48,006 bases of DNA from a virus (lineage: Duplodnaviria; Heunggongvirae; Uroviricota; Caudoviricetes): the IMG/VR virus record IMGVR_UViG_2541047905_000004, positions 1-48,006 of that record; one strand, given 5' to 3'. The notes below the pieces were generated by a model. The model saw only the letters and a list, made by a program, of their open reading frames with translations. It was not told the origin of the DNA and searched no databases. A program made the position numbers and the translations under genes. Below are positions 17,780 through 26,766 of this stretch, piece by piece. Position 1 is the stretch's first letter. Each line of letters starts with the position of its first letter.

Positions 17780-19576
17780 TCAGGATTGTGATAAATGTAT
17801 TAAACATTGACAAAAATATTTAATGTCGTCACATATTTCATCTTTATTCATGTGTTCCAAAACTTCATCTCGAGTAATTGAGAAGTTATGTTTTAGTGAA
17901 TTTTCGCCACTAATGAAAATTTCTTTTCCATGTGCGTCTTTTAAGGCTGCAGCTATATCTGTAGATGTTATCGAATCAGGGATAGCTAACGCATGTCTAT
18001 CTCTAAAGAAATTACGTATATCTTCTTCAGATGTGTCTGCAGCTCTTGCGATGGCTGATATATCTAGAAAGTAATTTTCAATGTGTCTGCGACGCCATTT
18101 CATGGCTAAAAAATCACTATCGCCGTGATTTGTTGATTTATCTTTAAGATCAGCTCCTACAGAATGGTCGCTATCATCATCACGATCGCGCATGCTAATG
18201 GCTTTTAAGTCAGGAATTTCATTTTTTAATTGTTTGTATAATTGAAATCTTTCTGAAGATTTTCCAGTCCAAAGCCATGTGACAATATTTTTGGGCCATG
18301 TTAGTTCTAACTTTTCAAATATTTTTTTTAGGAATCTTTCATCGCTAACACCTTCAACAATCAACAATTTTTTGTCTTCGGTAAGCTTATGGATTTTAGG
18401 GCTAAAGATCGTGCCAATTCCACTTAATAGACCTATTTTTTCATTATCAGATCCAAGGTATTTCCCTCTGGACTTTGATAGTGCCAAAATTTTCTGTGGT
18501 TCATAAGCCCTGATTAATTCAGTAGAGTGTGTTGCCAATAGGACCTGCTTTCCTTTTTTAATTGTTATCTCTTCTAAACGTTCAGTTAGATTTTTCTGTA
18601 ATTGTGTATGCAGGTGAGCATCTGGTTCATCTAGTAGAATGACATTAAATTCTTCTGATAAGGCCAATGTATATACACTTAACCATTGAAGAAAACCGCT
18701 TCCTTCAACCATAATATCTCTAGCATTGAAGTTTTTGTGTTTTTTAAATTGATAACCATTGACAACGCCAGCGACACATTCAATTTTTAAGTAACTATGA
18801 TATTGTTCATTAAATGGAGTTACTTCAAGTTTTAAAGAAAAAAGGTCAAAGAGTGTTTTTTGTAATATTTCCCAAGGATCTGTTTCCCTTAATAAATTAA
18901 GGTCTTTATTGGCGATTTTGTTTCGCCCTTCTTTTAACTTCCGGCGTTTGTTTTGATTCTCTAAGTGAATATCGTAAATAGAATTTCTGATTACTCCACC
19001 AGAAAGCCCCTGACCGATTAGTCGATTCCTCATTGCTGGGCTAAGACGGCTTTCTCGGTCTGTAATACCTGCAAATGGAGGGAGATAAGCGATCTGGGGT
19101 ATATTCTCATTATTTGGAGAACCATCGTCATTCTGTATTTCTTGTAAAGCAAGGTTGCTAGATGTATTTTTTATAAATAATCTATCATTTGCTAATGATA
19201 AACCGATCTCTAAAAACTTCTCATTTTTTAAAATATCATCCCAAAAAAGCTTTATCTTTAGAGTATAACCATCATCTTCTGTTTGTTTTTGAGATTTTAA
19301 ATTGGTCCATAAGTGGCTTAAAGACGGTATAAACATCGGCGTGAAATCGACAATGCCTAGTCCGACACCTTGATTTGTCGCATTTTCAGTCCAACTCACT
19401 CTTCCTTTTTCAATTTCTAAAAGAGTCTTACAGAATTGCCACGTTGCCATTGCTTGCAGTAACGATGACTTACCGGAATTGTTCCCGCCGACTAGGAGGC
19501 TTAATTCGTCATTTAATTGTATTGTTGAGTTTTTATATTTTTTGAATTTCTTAAGCTCTACTTTTTTTATGTACAT
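17780..19576 (-). CDS. ABC-type ATPase fused to a Toprim-like C-terminal domain (OLD-family / PARIS AriA-AriB-like); candidate anti-phage defence or exclusion gene
   Basis: 598 aa, ATG at 19576 (rc). Walker A GGNNSGKSS, signature-like GLSGG, Walker B ILLDEPDAHLH, H-loop LLATHS; C-terminal LLIVEGVSDERF and SMRDRDDDSD acidic motifs. AT-rich, opposite strand, inserted between S and V. Confidence 0.6.
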   Translation of the reverse strand: MYIKKVELKKFKKYKNSTIQLNDELSLLVGGNNSGKSSLLQAMATWQFCKTLLEIEKGRVSWTENATNQGVGLGIVDFTPMFIPSLSHLWTNLKSQKQTEDDGYTLKIKLFWDDILKNEKFLEIGLSLANDRLFIKNTSSNLALQEIQNDDGSPNNENIPQIAYLPPFAGITDRESRLSPAMRNRLIGQGLSGGVIRNSIYDIHLENQNKRRKLKEGRNKIANKDLNLLRETDPWEILQKTLFDLFSLKLEVTPFNEQYHSYLKIECVAGVVNGYQFKKHKNFNARDIMVEGSGFLQWLSVYTLALSEEFNVILLDEPDAHLHTQLQKNLTERLEEITIKKGKQVLLATHSTELIRAYEPQKILALSKSRGKYLGSDNEKIGLLSGIGTIFSPKIHKLTEDKKLLIVEGVSDERFLKKIFEKLELTWPKNIVTWLWTGKSSERFQLYKQLKNEIPDLKAISMRDRDDDSDHSVGADLKDKSTNHGDSDFLAMKWRRRHIENYFLDISAIARAADTSEEDIRNFFRDRHALAIPDSITSTDIAAALKDAHGKEIFISGENSLKHNFSITRDEVLEHMNKDEICDDIKYFCQCLIHLSQS

Positions 19577-19666
19577 AGTGGAGATACCTAACCTTTATTA
19601 AACCAAATCGCCTCATCATGAGAACTGGGACAGTTTACTATCTACTGAATTGTTTCTAAAGAGAAT

Positions 19667-19684
19667 TGTATCAAGTTCCAGACA
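19667..19684. promoter_or_regulatory. Late promoter activator site (TGT-N12-ACA) upstream of V
   Basis: TGT at 19667-19669, ATCAAGTTCCAG, ACA at 19682-19684; about 50 bp upstream of the V ATG; -10-like TATGTG follows. Confidence 0.4.
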
Positions 19685-19732
19685 ATTACAATCCATTTGG
19701 GACACGCCCAATATGTGGCAATTTTTTAAGCT

Positions 19733-20311
19733 ATGAATGCACAATTAACCGAAATCATGCGCCTTATCACTAACCTGATCCGCACTGGTGTAGTCACCGA
19801 AGTGGACCGGGAAAACTGGCTTTGCCGGGTGAAAACGGGCGACCTTGAAACCAACTGGATCAGCTGGCTGACGCTGCGTGCCGGGAATGCCCGCACATGG
19901 TGGCGACCATCGGAAGGTGAGCAGGTGGTGGTGCTGAGTCTGGCAGGCAATCTGGAAACCGCGTTTGCGCTGCCCGCCATCTATTCGAATCAGTTCGCTC
20001 CACCGTCGACGTCGGCAGACGCCTGCGTGACAGAACATCCTGACGGCGGCTGGTTTGAATACGAACCCACCACCGGGCGCTGGTATGTCAGGGGCATCAA
20101 ATCCATGGTCATTGAGACTGCCGACAACATCACCCTGAAAACCAGTGAGTTTGTGCTGGAGGCTGACCGCACGCGTATTAACAGCGAAGTAGTGATCAAT
20201 GGTGGCGTTACCCAGGGCGGCGGAGTGATGAGTTCTAACGGGATCGTCGTTGATGCGCATCAGCATACTGGCGTCCTGAAAGGCGGCGACACAACCGGAG
20301 GCCCGGTATGA
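19733..20311 (+). CDS. V: Baseplate assembly / spike protein V (gpV-like)
   Basis: 192 aa; aligns by eye with P2 gpV (…RTWW.PS.GEQV…AF.LP.IYS…SNG…H.H.G…GGTTG). Confidence 0.85.
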   Translation: MNAQLTEIMRLITNLIRTGVVTEVDRENWLCRVKTGDLETNWISWLTLRAGNARTWWRPSEGEQVVVLSLAGNLETAFALPAIYSNQFAPPSTSADACVTEHPDGGWFEYEPTTGRWYVRGIKSMVIETADNITLKTSEFVLEADRTRINSEVVINGGVTQGGGVMSSNGIVVDAHQHTGVLKGGDTTGGPV

Positions 20312-20667
20312 CGCTTTATAGCGGGATGAACAATACCAGCGGTAAAGCCATTACTGATATTGACCATCTGCGCCAGTCGGTGCGGGACATTCTGCTGACA
20401 CCGCAGGGTAGCCGTATTGCCCGTCGTGAATATGGCTCCCTGCTGTTGGCGCTAATAGACCAGCCACAAAATCCGGCGTTACGCCTGCAGGTCATGTCGG
20501 CAGTGTATGTGGCGCTGAGTCGCTGGGAGCCACGGCTGACGCTGGATTCCATCACCATTAACAGCAATTTTGACGGTTCAATGGTGGTGGAGCTGACCGG
20601 GCGGCGTAATAACGGTGTGCCTGTTTCCCTTTCCGTATCAACAGGAGCAGAGAATGGCAGTGATTGA
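20308..20667 (+). CDS. W: Baseplate protein W (gpW / gp25-like)
   Basis: ATG at 20308 after GGAGG, overlapping the V stop; 119 aa. Confidence 0.8.
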   Translation: MTLYSGMNNTSGKAITDIDHLRQSVRDILLTPQGSRIARREYGSLLLALIDQPQNPALRLQVMSAVYVALSRWEPRLTLDSITINSNFDGSMVVELTGRRNNGVPVSLSVSTGAENGSD

Positions 20668-21562
20668 CCTTTCGCAGTTGCCTGCGCCGCAGATTGTGGA
20701 TGTGCCGGACTTTGAGACGCTGCTTGCCGAACGCAAGGCCGAATTTGTTGCGCTTCATCCGAAAGATGAGCAGGAAGCAGTGATCCGCACGCTTGAACTG
20801 GAATCTGAACCCGTCACCAAATTGCTGCAGGAGAACGCTTACCGTGAGTTGCTTCTGCGCCAGCGCATTAACGAAGCCGCGCAGGCTGTGATGGTGGCTT
20901 ACGCTATGGGCAGCGATCTTGACCAGCTCGCTGCCAACTACAACGTGAAACGCCTGACGGTGACGCCTGCTGATAATGACGCTGTGCCGCCCGTTGCAGC
21001 TGTGATGGAAAGCGATGAAGCGTTACGCCTGCGTGTGCCTGCAGCCTTTGAAGGGCTTTCAGTTGCGGGGCCAACTGCAGCTTATGAATTTCATGCCCGA
21101 AGCGCCGACGGTCGGGTGGCGGATGCCAGTGCAACCAGCCCGGCACCTGCAGAGGTGGTGCTGACTGTCCTTAGCCGCGAAGGCGATGGAACTGCAGAAA
21201 AAGATCTGCTGGACGTGGTGGAAAAAGCTCTGAACAGTGAGAACGTCCGCCCGGTGGCTGACCGTCTGACGGTTCGCAGCGCAGAAATCATCCCGTATCG
21301 CGTGGAAGCCACCATTTTTCTCTATCCGGGACCGGAAGCAGAGCCGGTAATGGCAGCGGCAAAAGCCAGCCTGCAGAAGTACATCGCCAGTCAGACGCGT
21401 CTTGGTCGGGATATTCGCCGTAGCGCCATCTTTGCCGCACTGCATGTTGAGGGTGTGCAGCGTGTGGAGCTGGCTTCTCCTCTGGCGGATGTGGTCCTGA
21501 ACAAAACACAGGCGGCATCATGTACGCAGTGGAGCGTAACCAACGGAGGAACGGATGAATAG
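20654..21562 (+). CDS. J: Baseplate assembly protein J (gpJ-like)
   Basis: ATG at 20654 after GGAGCAGAGA (track ORF starts earlier); about 302 aa. Confidence 0.85.
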   Translation: MAVIDLSQLPAPQIVDVPDFETLLAERKAEFVALHPKDEQEAVIRTLELESEPVTKLLQENAYRELLLRQRINEAAQAVMVAYAMGSDLDQLAANYNVKRLTVTPADNDAVPPVAAVMESDEALRLRVPAAFEGLSVAGPTAAYEFHARSADGRVADASATSPAPAEVVLTVLSREGDGTAEKDLLDVVEKALNSENVRPVADRLTVRSAEIIPYRVEATIFLYPGPEAEPVMAAAKASLQKYIASQTRLGRDIRRSAIFAALHVEGVQRVELASPLADVVLNKTQAASCTQWSVTNGGTDE

Positions 21563-22160
21563 TCTGCTGCCACCGGGTTCAACACCACTGGAGCGCCGAC
21601 TGGCGCAAACCTGCAGCGGGATTTCTGATCTGCAGGTGCCGCTTCGTGACTTGTGGAATCCGGCAACCTGCCCGGTCAGTTTCCTGCCTTATCTCGCCTG
21701 GGCGTTCTCTGTGGATCGCTGGGACGAGGGCTGGACAGAAAGCGTCAAGCGCCAGGTGGTGAAGGATGCTTTTTATATTCATCAGCATAAAGGGACCACC
21801 AGTGCCGTGCGTCGGGTGGTGGAGCCGTTCGGCTTTCTGATCCGCATTATTGAGTGGTGGCAGACCGGAGAGACACCGGGCACGTTTCGTCTGGATATCG
21901 GCGTGCAGGACCAGGGCATCACTGAAGATACCTATCTGGAACTTGAGCGACTGATAAGCGATGCCAAACCATGTAGCCGTCACATGATCGGCATGTCCAT
22001 CAACCTGCAGACCAGCGGCCCGCATTGGGTGGGAGCCGCCAGCTATCTTGGCGAAGAAATCACGATCTATCCGTATATCAACGAAACAATTATTTCCGGC
22101 GGCACCGCGCATGAAGGCGGGGCGGTCCATGTTATTGACACAATGAGAGTGAATCCATGA
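21555..22160 (+). CDS. I: Baseplate / tail formation protein I (gpI-like)
   Basis: ATG at 21555 after GGAGG; 201 aa; between J and H. Confidence 0.8.
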   Translation: MNSLLPPGSTPLERRLAQTCSGISDLQVPLRDLWNPATCPVSFLPYLAWAFSVDRWDEGWTESVKRQVVKDAFYIHQHKGTTSAVRRVVEPFGFLIRIIEWWQTGETPGTFRLDIGVQDQGITEDTYLELERLISDAKPCSRHMIGMSINLQTSGPHWVGAASYLGEEITIYPYINETIISGGTAHEGGAVHVIDTMRVNP

Positions 22161-23557
22161 GCACAAAATTTTATACCCTGCTGACGGATATTGGCGCGGC
22201 GAAACTTGCCAGCGCCGCCGCGCTCGGTGTGCCTTTAAAAATTACCCATATGGCGGTCGGCGATGGCGGCGGAACATTGCCAACGCCGGACGCAAAGCAG
22301 ACAGCATTAGTAAATGAGAAACGCCGGGCTGCGCTGAATATGCTCTATATCGACCCGCAGAACAGCAGCCAGATTATTGCTGAACAGGTGATCCCTGAAA
22401 ACGAGGGCGGTTGGTGGATACGTGAAGTGGGCCTGTTTGATGAGTCCGGGGCATTGATTGCCGTGGGCAACTGCCCGGAAAGCTATAAGCCGCAACTGGC
22501 TGAAGGCAGCGGGCGTACCCAGACCGTGCGCATGGTGCTGATTACCAGCAGCACGGACAATATCACCCTGAAAATCGACCCTGCCGTAGTGCTGGCAACC
22601 CGCAAGTATGTGGATGACAAGGTACTGGAGCTGAAGGTGTACGTAGATGACCTGATGGCAAAACATCTTGCTGCACAGGACCCACATTCACAGTACGCGC
22701 CAAAAGCCAGCCCGACATTTACCGGAACCCCCAAAGCGCCAACGCCAGCGGCGGGGAATAATACCACGCGGGTTGCGACCACTGCGTTTGTACAGGCGGC
22801 ACTGACGGCCCTTATTAATGGTGCGCCAGCCACGCTGGACACGCTGAAAGAAATAGCCGCAGCCATTAACAATGATCCGAATTTCAGTACCACCATTAAC
22901 AATGCGCTGGCACTAAAAGCACCGTTGTCGAGTCCGGCACTCACCGGAACGCCAACAGCCCCCACGGCGGCGCAGTCGGTCAACAATACACAGATTGCCA
23001 CTACGGCTTTTGTGAAATCGGCGATTGCAGGAATGGTGGGTTCTGCACCTGCTGCACTGGATACACTGAACGAACTGGCGGCGGCACTGGGGAATGATCC
23101 GAACTTTGCCACGACAATGCTTAATGCGCTGGCAGGTAAACAACCGCTGGACAATACGCTTACCAATTTGAGTGGAAAGGATGTGGCTGGTCTTCTCGCA
23201 TACCTTGGTTTGGGAAAAGCGGCTAAAAGGAATGTAGGGACAGGGGCGAATCAGATACCTGATATGGGTAGCTTCACGCTTTCTGTTTCAGGTACTGGAT
23301 ATCAAAAATTACCATCAGGTTTTATTCTTCAGTGGGGCTCAATCGGCGCACCAGGCATTGCACAGGATGTAGTAACCCATTTCCCGATTGCATTTCCAAA
23401 CAGATGTCTGCGTGTTTTGGTCTCACAAGACTACACACCAGATAGCGGGGCTGTTGGTTATATTGCCTGTGCAGGTTTTAGTCCCGACCCGGTTAAATTT
23501 ATATCCAGAGCCAGTACTCCTGGCCTCGGCGCTTCATTTTTAGCGTTAGGCTGTTAA
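22157..23557 (+). CDS. H: Tail fibre protein H, variant 1 (constant N-terminal part plus Mu/P1 S-type C-terminal module)
   Basis: 466 aa; N-terminus [18 protein letters not shown]...MAVGDGGG typical of P2 gpH; C-terminal 114 aa (from 23216) unique to this copy, with [13 protein letters not shown]. Confidence 0.85.
   Translation: MSTKFYTLLTDIGAAKLASAAALGVPLKITHMAVGDGGGTLPTPDAKQTALVNEKRRAALNMLYIDPQNSSQIIAEQVIPENEGGWWIREVGLFDESGALIAVGNCPESYKPQLAEGSGRTQTVRMVLITSSTDNITLKIDPAVVLATRKYVDDKVLELKVYVDDLMAKHLAAQDPHSQYAPKASPTFTGTPKAPTPAAGNNTTRVATTAFVQAALTALINGAPATLDTLKEIAAAINNDPNFSTTINNALALKAPLSSPALTGTPTAPTAAQSVNNTQIATTAFVKSAIAGMVGSAPAALDTLNELAAALGNDPNFATTMLNALAGKQPLDNTLTNLSGKDVAGLLAYLGLGKAAKRNVGTGANQIPDMGSFTLSVSGTGYQKLPSGFILQWGSIGAPGIAQDVVTHFPIAFPNRCLRVLVSQDYTPDSGAVGYIACAGFSPDPVKFISRASTPGLGASFLALGC
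23193..23218. other. Candidate serine-invertase crossover site (hix/gix/cix/pix-like), left
   Basis: TTCTCGCATACC-TT-GGTTTGGGAAAA: two 12-bp imperfect inverted half-sites (9/12) around a central dinucleotide; inverted copy of the right site with 25/26 identity; lies exactly at the constant/variable junction of H. Confidence 0.55.
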
Positions 23558-23578
23558 TTTAGCTATATGGAGTGAAAA

Positions 23579-24019
23579 ATGAATTACATATATTCCGCGA
23601 CTACAAACTCTTTCTATCCGCTGGAGATGAAAGAGGATTACACTCAAGCTGACTCATGGCCAGATGATGCTGTTGAAGTTGATGAGCAAGTGTATATTGA
23701 GTTTTCCGGATTACCGCCGAAAGGAAAAATCCGTATCGCTGGAGAAAATGGTTTTCCTGCATGGTCTGAAATTCCACCACCAACACATGAGGAACAGATT
23801 GCTGCAGCCGAACTGGAAAAGCAGCAACTGATTAATCAGGCCAACGATTATATGAACAGTAAACAATGGCCTGGTAAAGCGGCTATTGGCCGGCTGAAAG
23901 GTGAGGAACTGGCGCAATATAATTTGTGGCTGGATTATCTGGACGCACTGGAACTGGTCGATACTTCCGGTGCGCCAGATATTGAATGGCCTACGCCTCC
24001 GGCAGTTCAGGCCAGATGA
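23579..24019 (+). CDS. Tail fibre assembly protein (Tfa / gpG-like), cognate to H variant 1
   Basis: ATG at 23579, 21 nt after the H stop, with GGAGTGA; C-terminal WLDYLDAL...WPTPP Tfa-type motif. Confidence 0.75.
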   Translation: MNYIYSATTNSFYPLEMKEDYTQADSWPDDAVEVDEQVYIEFSGLPPKGKIRIAGENGFPAWSEIPPPTHEEQIAAAELEKQQLINQANDYMNSKQWPGKAAIGRLKGEELAQYNLWLDYLDALELVDTSGAPDIEWPTPPAVQAR

Positions 24020-24584
24020 CGTCCGGCGCTGTGCTGGTATCTGTTGCCGTCACCGCGTCAATGTAATCCAGCACAGCGTTAAGTCGGGTGTTTTCTGGCT
24101 GCGTCAGCTTCCGCCCAGCCTGTAATTTCAGTTGAATCAGACTGATGGAAGCCATTGCAGCATCAATCAGCGACTGGCGCTGTGCTTCTGCCGCTTCTAC
24201 TGCGGCGCTATGCTGTGCCTCGGTATCCGTCACCCATTTCTCACCATCCCATTTATCGTATGGCGTTAACGGTGAAAGCGTGACATAACCGTCTTTGATG
24301 GCACCGATATAATCCACTGTAACAGCTGCGCCATTTTCAGTTGAGTAAACGGTCTCATTGCGATGGTCTTCTTCATGGCTCCATCCCTTACCCGTAAATA
24401 CTGCCACTTTTCCCGGAATGTTTTCGCCCGGGTCAATACCAGTGGAACAGGCGGGTATACTTACGCCAGTATTAATATATTCATCAGACCAGCCGGTATA
24501 TTCATACGTTACTGCATTATAATAAAAACAACGCATATCGCCCGGCACTGTAGCCAGCCCATTTTCATCAAAAACAGGTTTCAT
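23991..24584 (-). CDS. Tail fibre assembly protein (Tfa / gpG-like), cognate to H variant 2
   Basis: ATG at 24584 (rc) overlapping the H-variant-2 stop (TAATG); C-terminal VLDYIDAV...WPELP Tfa motif; 3' end overlaps the other Tfa by 29 bp. Confidence 0.75.
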   Translation of the reverse strand: MKPVFDENGLATVPGDMRCFYYNAVTYEYTGWSDEYINTGVSIPACSTGIDPGENIPGKVAVFTGKGWSHEEDHRNETVYSTENGAAVTVDYIGAIKDGYVTLSPLTPYDKWDGEKWVTDTEAQHSAAVEAAEAQRQSLIDAAMASISLIQLKLQAGRKLTQPENTRLNAVLDYIDAVTATDTSTAPDVIWPELPEA

Positions 24585-26164
24585 TATTTAGCCCTCACCA
24601 GAAAGTTAAATGCAATATTTCGTGGACGGGTTTCTGTATCTACATTTCCACTAATTTCACCATAACGTTTAACACTACGAGAGCTAAGAGCTCGTAGTGA
24701 GGAAGGCACCTTAAGACCGGGTTCGTCCGTTTTAACTATTCCCCCGTCACCGTATGTGGCCAGTATTCCTGGGTTTACTCCCTCCCGTGCACTTCCTGCG
24801 GCAAGCCCGTCCCCCGTCCACAACTCCATATTGTGTGCATGATCCATAATTGTGTGTGATTGCCCTGAAAGTAGGGTACGTCCGACATCAATCCCGCGCC
24901 CATCATCCCAGATACGAATGAAATCACCCCGTGCGTCAGGTAATGCTAGCGCCGGAAACACTTTCGCCAGCACAGGGTAATCAGTGGCAGAGAATTTCGC
25001 GCCGTTGAACTTCAAAAACACCATACTGGACCAACTGTCGATTACAGTATTTGGCATTGCGGCGGACGGCCAGAAGAACGGAACGCCAATAGCTGGAGCA
25101 CCTTCTCCCAAACCAAGGTATGCGAGAAGACCAGCCACATCCTTTCCACTCAAATTGGTAAGCGTATTGTCCAGCGGTTGTTTACCTGCCAGCGCATTAA
25201 GCATTGTCGTGGCAAAGTTCGGATCATTCCCCAGTGCCGCCGCCAGTTCGTTCAGTGTATCCAGTGCAGCAGGTGCAGAACCCACCATTCCTGCAATCGC
25301 CGATTTCACAAAAGCCGTAGTGGCAATCTGTGTATTGTTGACCGACTGCGCCGCCGTGGGGGCTGTTGGCGTTCCGGTGAGTGCCGGACTCGACAACGGT
25401 GCTTTTAGTGCCAGCGCATTGTTAATGGTGGTACTGAAATTCGGATCATTGTTAATGGCTGCGGCTATTTCTTTCAGCGTGTCCAGCGTGGCTGGCGCAC
25501 CATTAATAAGGGCCGTCAGTGCCGCCTGTACAAACGCAGTGGTCGCAACCCGCGTGGTATTATTCCCCGCCGCTGGCGTTGGCGCTTTGGGGGTTCCGGT
25601 AAATGTCGGGCTGGCTTTTGGCGCGTACTGTGAATGTGGGTCCTGTGCAGCAAGATGTTTTGCCATCAGGTCATCTACGTACACCTTCAGCTCCAGTACC
25701 TTGTCATCCACATACTTGCGGGTTGCCAGCACTACGGCAGGGTCGATTTTCAGGGTGATATTGTCCGTGCTGCTGGTAATCAGCACCATGCGCACGGTCT
25801 GGGTACGCCCGCTGCCTTCAGCCAGTTGCGGCTTATAGCTTTCCGGGCAGTTGCCCACGGCAATCAATGCCCCGGACTCATCAAACAGGCCCACTTCACG
25901 TATCCACCAACCGCCCTCGTTTTCAGGGATCACCTGTTCAGCAATAATCTGGCTGCTGTTCTGCGGGTCGATATAGAGCATATTCAGCGCAGCCCGGCGT
26001 TTCTCATTTACTAATGCTGTCTGCTTTGCGTCCGGCGTTGGCAATGTTCCGCCGCCATCGCCGACCGCCATATGGGTAATTTTTAAAGGCACACCGAGCG
26101 CGGCGGCGCTGGCAAGTTTCGCCGCGCCAATATCCGTCAGCAGGGTATAAAATTTTGTGCTCAT
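24584..26164 (-). CDS. H: Tail fibre protein H, variant 2 (same constant N-terminus plus tail-collar-type C-terminal module)
   Basis: 526 aa; first ~347 aa identical to variant 1; unique C-terminus (coded 24584..25105) contains LPDARGDFIRIWDDGRGID...SGQSHTIMDHAH, typical of phage tail collar domains. Confidence 0.85.
   Translation of the reverse strand: MSTKFYTLLTDIGAAKLASAAALGVPLKITHMAVGDGGGTLPTPDAKQTALVNEKRRAALNMLYIDPQNSSQIIAEQVIPENEGGWWIREVGLFDESGALIAVGNCPESYKPQLAEGSGRTQTVRMVLITSSTDNITLKIDPAVVLATRKYVDDKVLELKVYVDDLMAKHLAAQDPHSQYAPKASPTFTGTPKAPTPAAGNNTTRVATTAFVQAALTALINGAPATLDTLKEIAAAINNDPNFSTTINNALALKAPLSSPALTGTPTAPTAAQSVNNTQIATTAFVKSAIAGMVGSAPAALDTLNELAAALGNDPNFATTMLNALAGKQPLDNTLTNLSGKDVAGLLAYLGLGEGAPAIGVPFFWPSAAMPNTVIDSWSSMVFLKFNGAKFSATDYPVLAKVFPALALPDARGDFIRIWDDGRGIDVGRTLLSGQSHTIMDHAHNMELWTGDGLAAGSAREGVNPGILATYGDGGIVKTDEPGLKVPSSLRALSSRSVKRYGEISGNVDTETRPRNIAFNFLVRAK
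25103..25128. other. Candidate serine-invertase crossover site, right
   Basis: TTCTCCCAAACC-AA-GGTATGCGAGAA; resembles hixL as I recall it (TTCTTGAAAACCAAGGTTTTTGATAA); inverted relative to the left site. Confidence 0.55.
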
Positions 26165-26766
26165 GGATTCACTCTCATTGTGTCAATAACATGGACCGCC
26201 CCGCCTTCATGCGCGGTGCCGCCGGAAATAATTGTTTCGTTGATATACGGATAGATCGTGATTTCTTCGCCAAGATAGCTGGCGGCTCCCACCCAATGCG
26301 GGCCGCTGGTCTGCAGGTTGATGGACATGCCGATCATGTGACGGCTACATGGTTTGGCATCGCTTATCAGTCGCTCAAGTTCCAGATAGGTATCTTCAGT
26401 GATGCCCTGGTCCTGCACGCCGATATCCAGACGAAACGTGCCCGGTGTCTCTCCGGTCTGCCACCACTCAATAATGCGGATCAGAAAGCCGAACGGCTCC
26501 ACCACCCGACGCACGGCACTGGTGGTCCCTTTATGCTGATGAATATAAAAAGCATCCTTCACCACCTGGCGCTTGACGCTTTCTGTCCAGCCCTCGTCCC
26601 AGCGATCCACAGAGAACGCCCAGGCGAGATAAGGCAGGAAACTGACCGGGCAGGTTGCCGGATTCCACAAGTCACGAAGCGGCACCTGCAGATCAGAAAT
26701 CCCGCTGCAGGTTTGCGCCAGTCGGCGCTCCAGTGGTGTTGAACCCGGTGGCAGCAGACTATTCAT
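26161..26766 (-). CDS. I: Baseplate / tail formation protein I (mirror copy)
   Basis: Mirror of 21555..22160; identical translation. Confidence 0.8.
   Translation of the reverse strand: MNSLLPPGSTPLERRLAQTCSGISDLQVPLRDLWNPATCPVSFLPYLAWAFSVDRWDEGWTESVKRQVVKDAFYIHQHKGTTSAVRRVVEPFGFLIRIIEWWQTGETPGTFRLDIGVQDQGITEDTYLELERLISDAKPCSRHMIGMSINLQTSGPHWVGAASYLGEEITIYPYINETIISGGTAHEGGAVHVIDTMRVNP

Larger units (their letters stand above)
315..23215. repeat. Left arm of window-scale perfect inverted repeat (22,901 bp)
   Basis: Window end checked by hand as reverse complement of 315 onward; all ORF-track entries pair at x -> 48321-x with identical protein sequences in all frames. Identity breaks after 23215 inside the tail fibre gene. 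Positions 1..314 would pair with coordinates beyond the window end. Confidence 0.9.
23206..25115. other. Candidate invertible G-segment-like tail-fibre cassette (between crossover cores)
   Basis: Contains two different fibre C-terminal modules and two convergent Tfa genes, flanked by inverted crossover-like sites; architecture matches Mu G / P1 C / e14 P segments. Confidence 0.55.

Noticed and set aside
17780-19576. Calling the ATPase-Toprim gene the P2 old gene itself
   Set aside because: P2 old lies at the opposite end of the genome next to tin, and I cannot establish orthology by eye; only the family-level architecture is supported.
23216-25105. Possibility that the central unique segment is a hairpin telomere or protelomerase resolution site of a linear plasmid-prophage (N15-like)
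   Set aside because: The axis lies inside a tail-fibre assembly gene and not at a short palindromic tel site; no protelomerase or partition genes are present; and the centre is asymmetric coding DNA. The invertible-segment explanation fits better.
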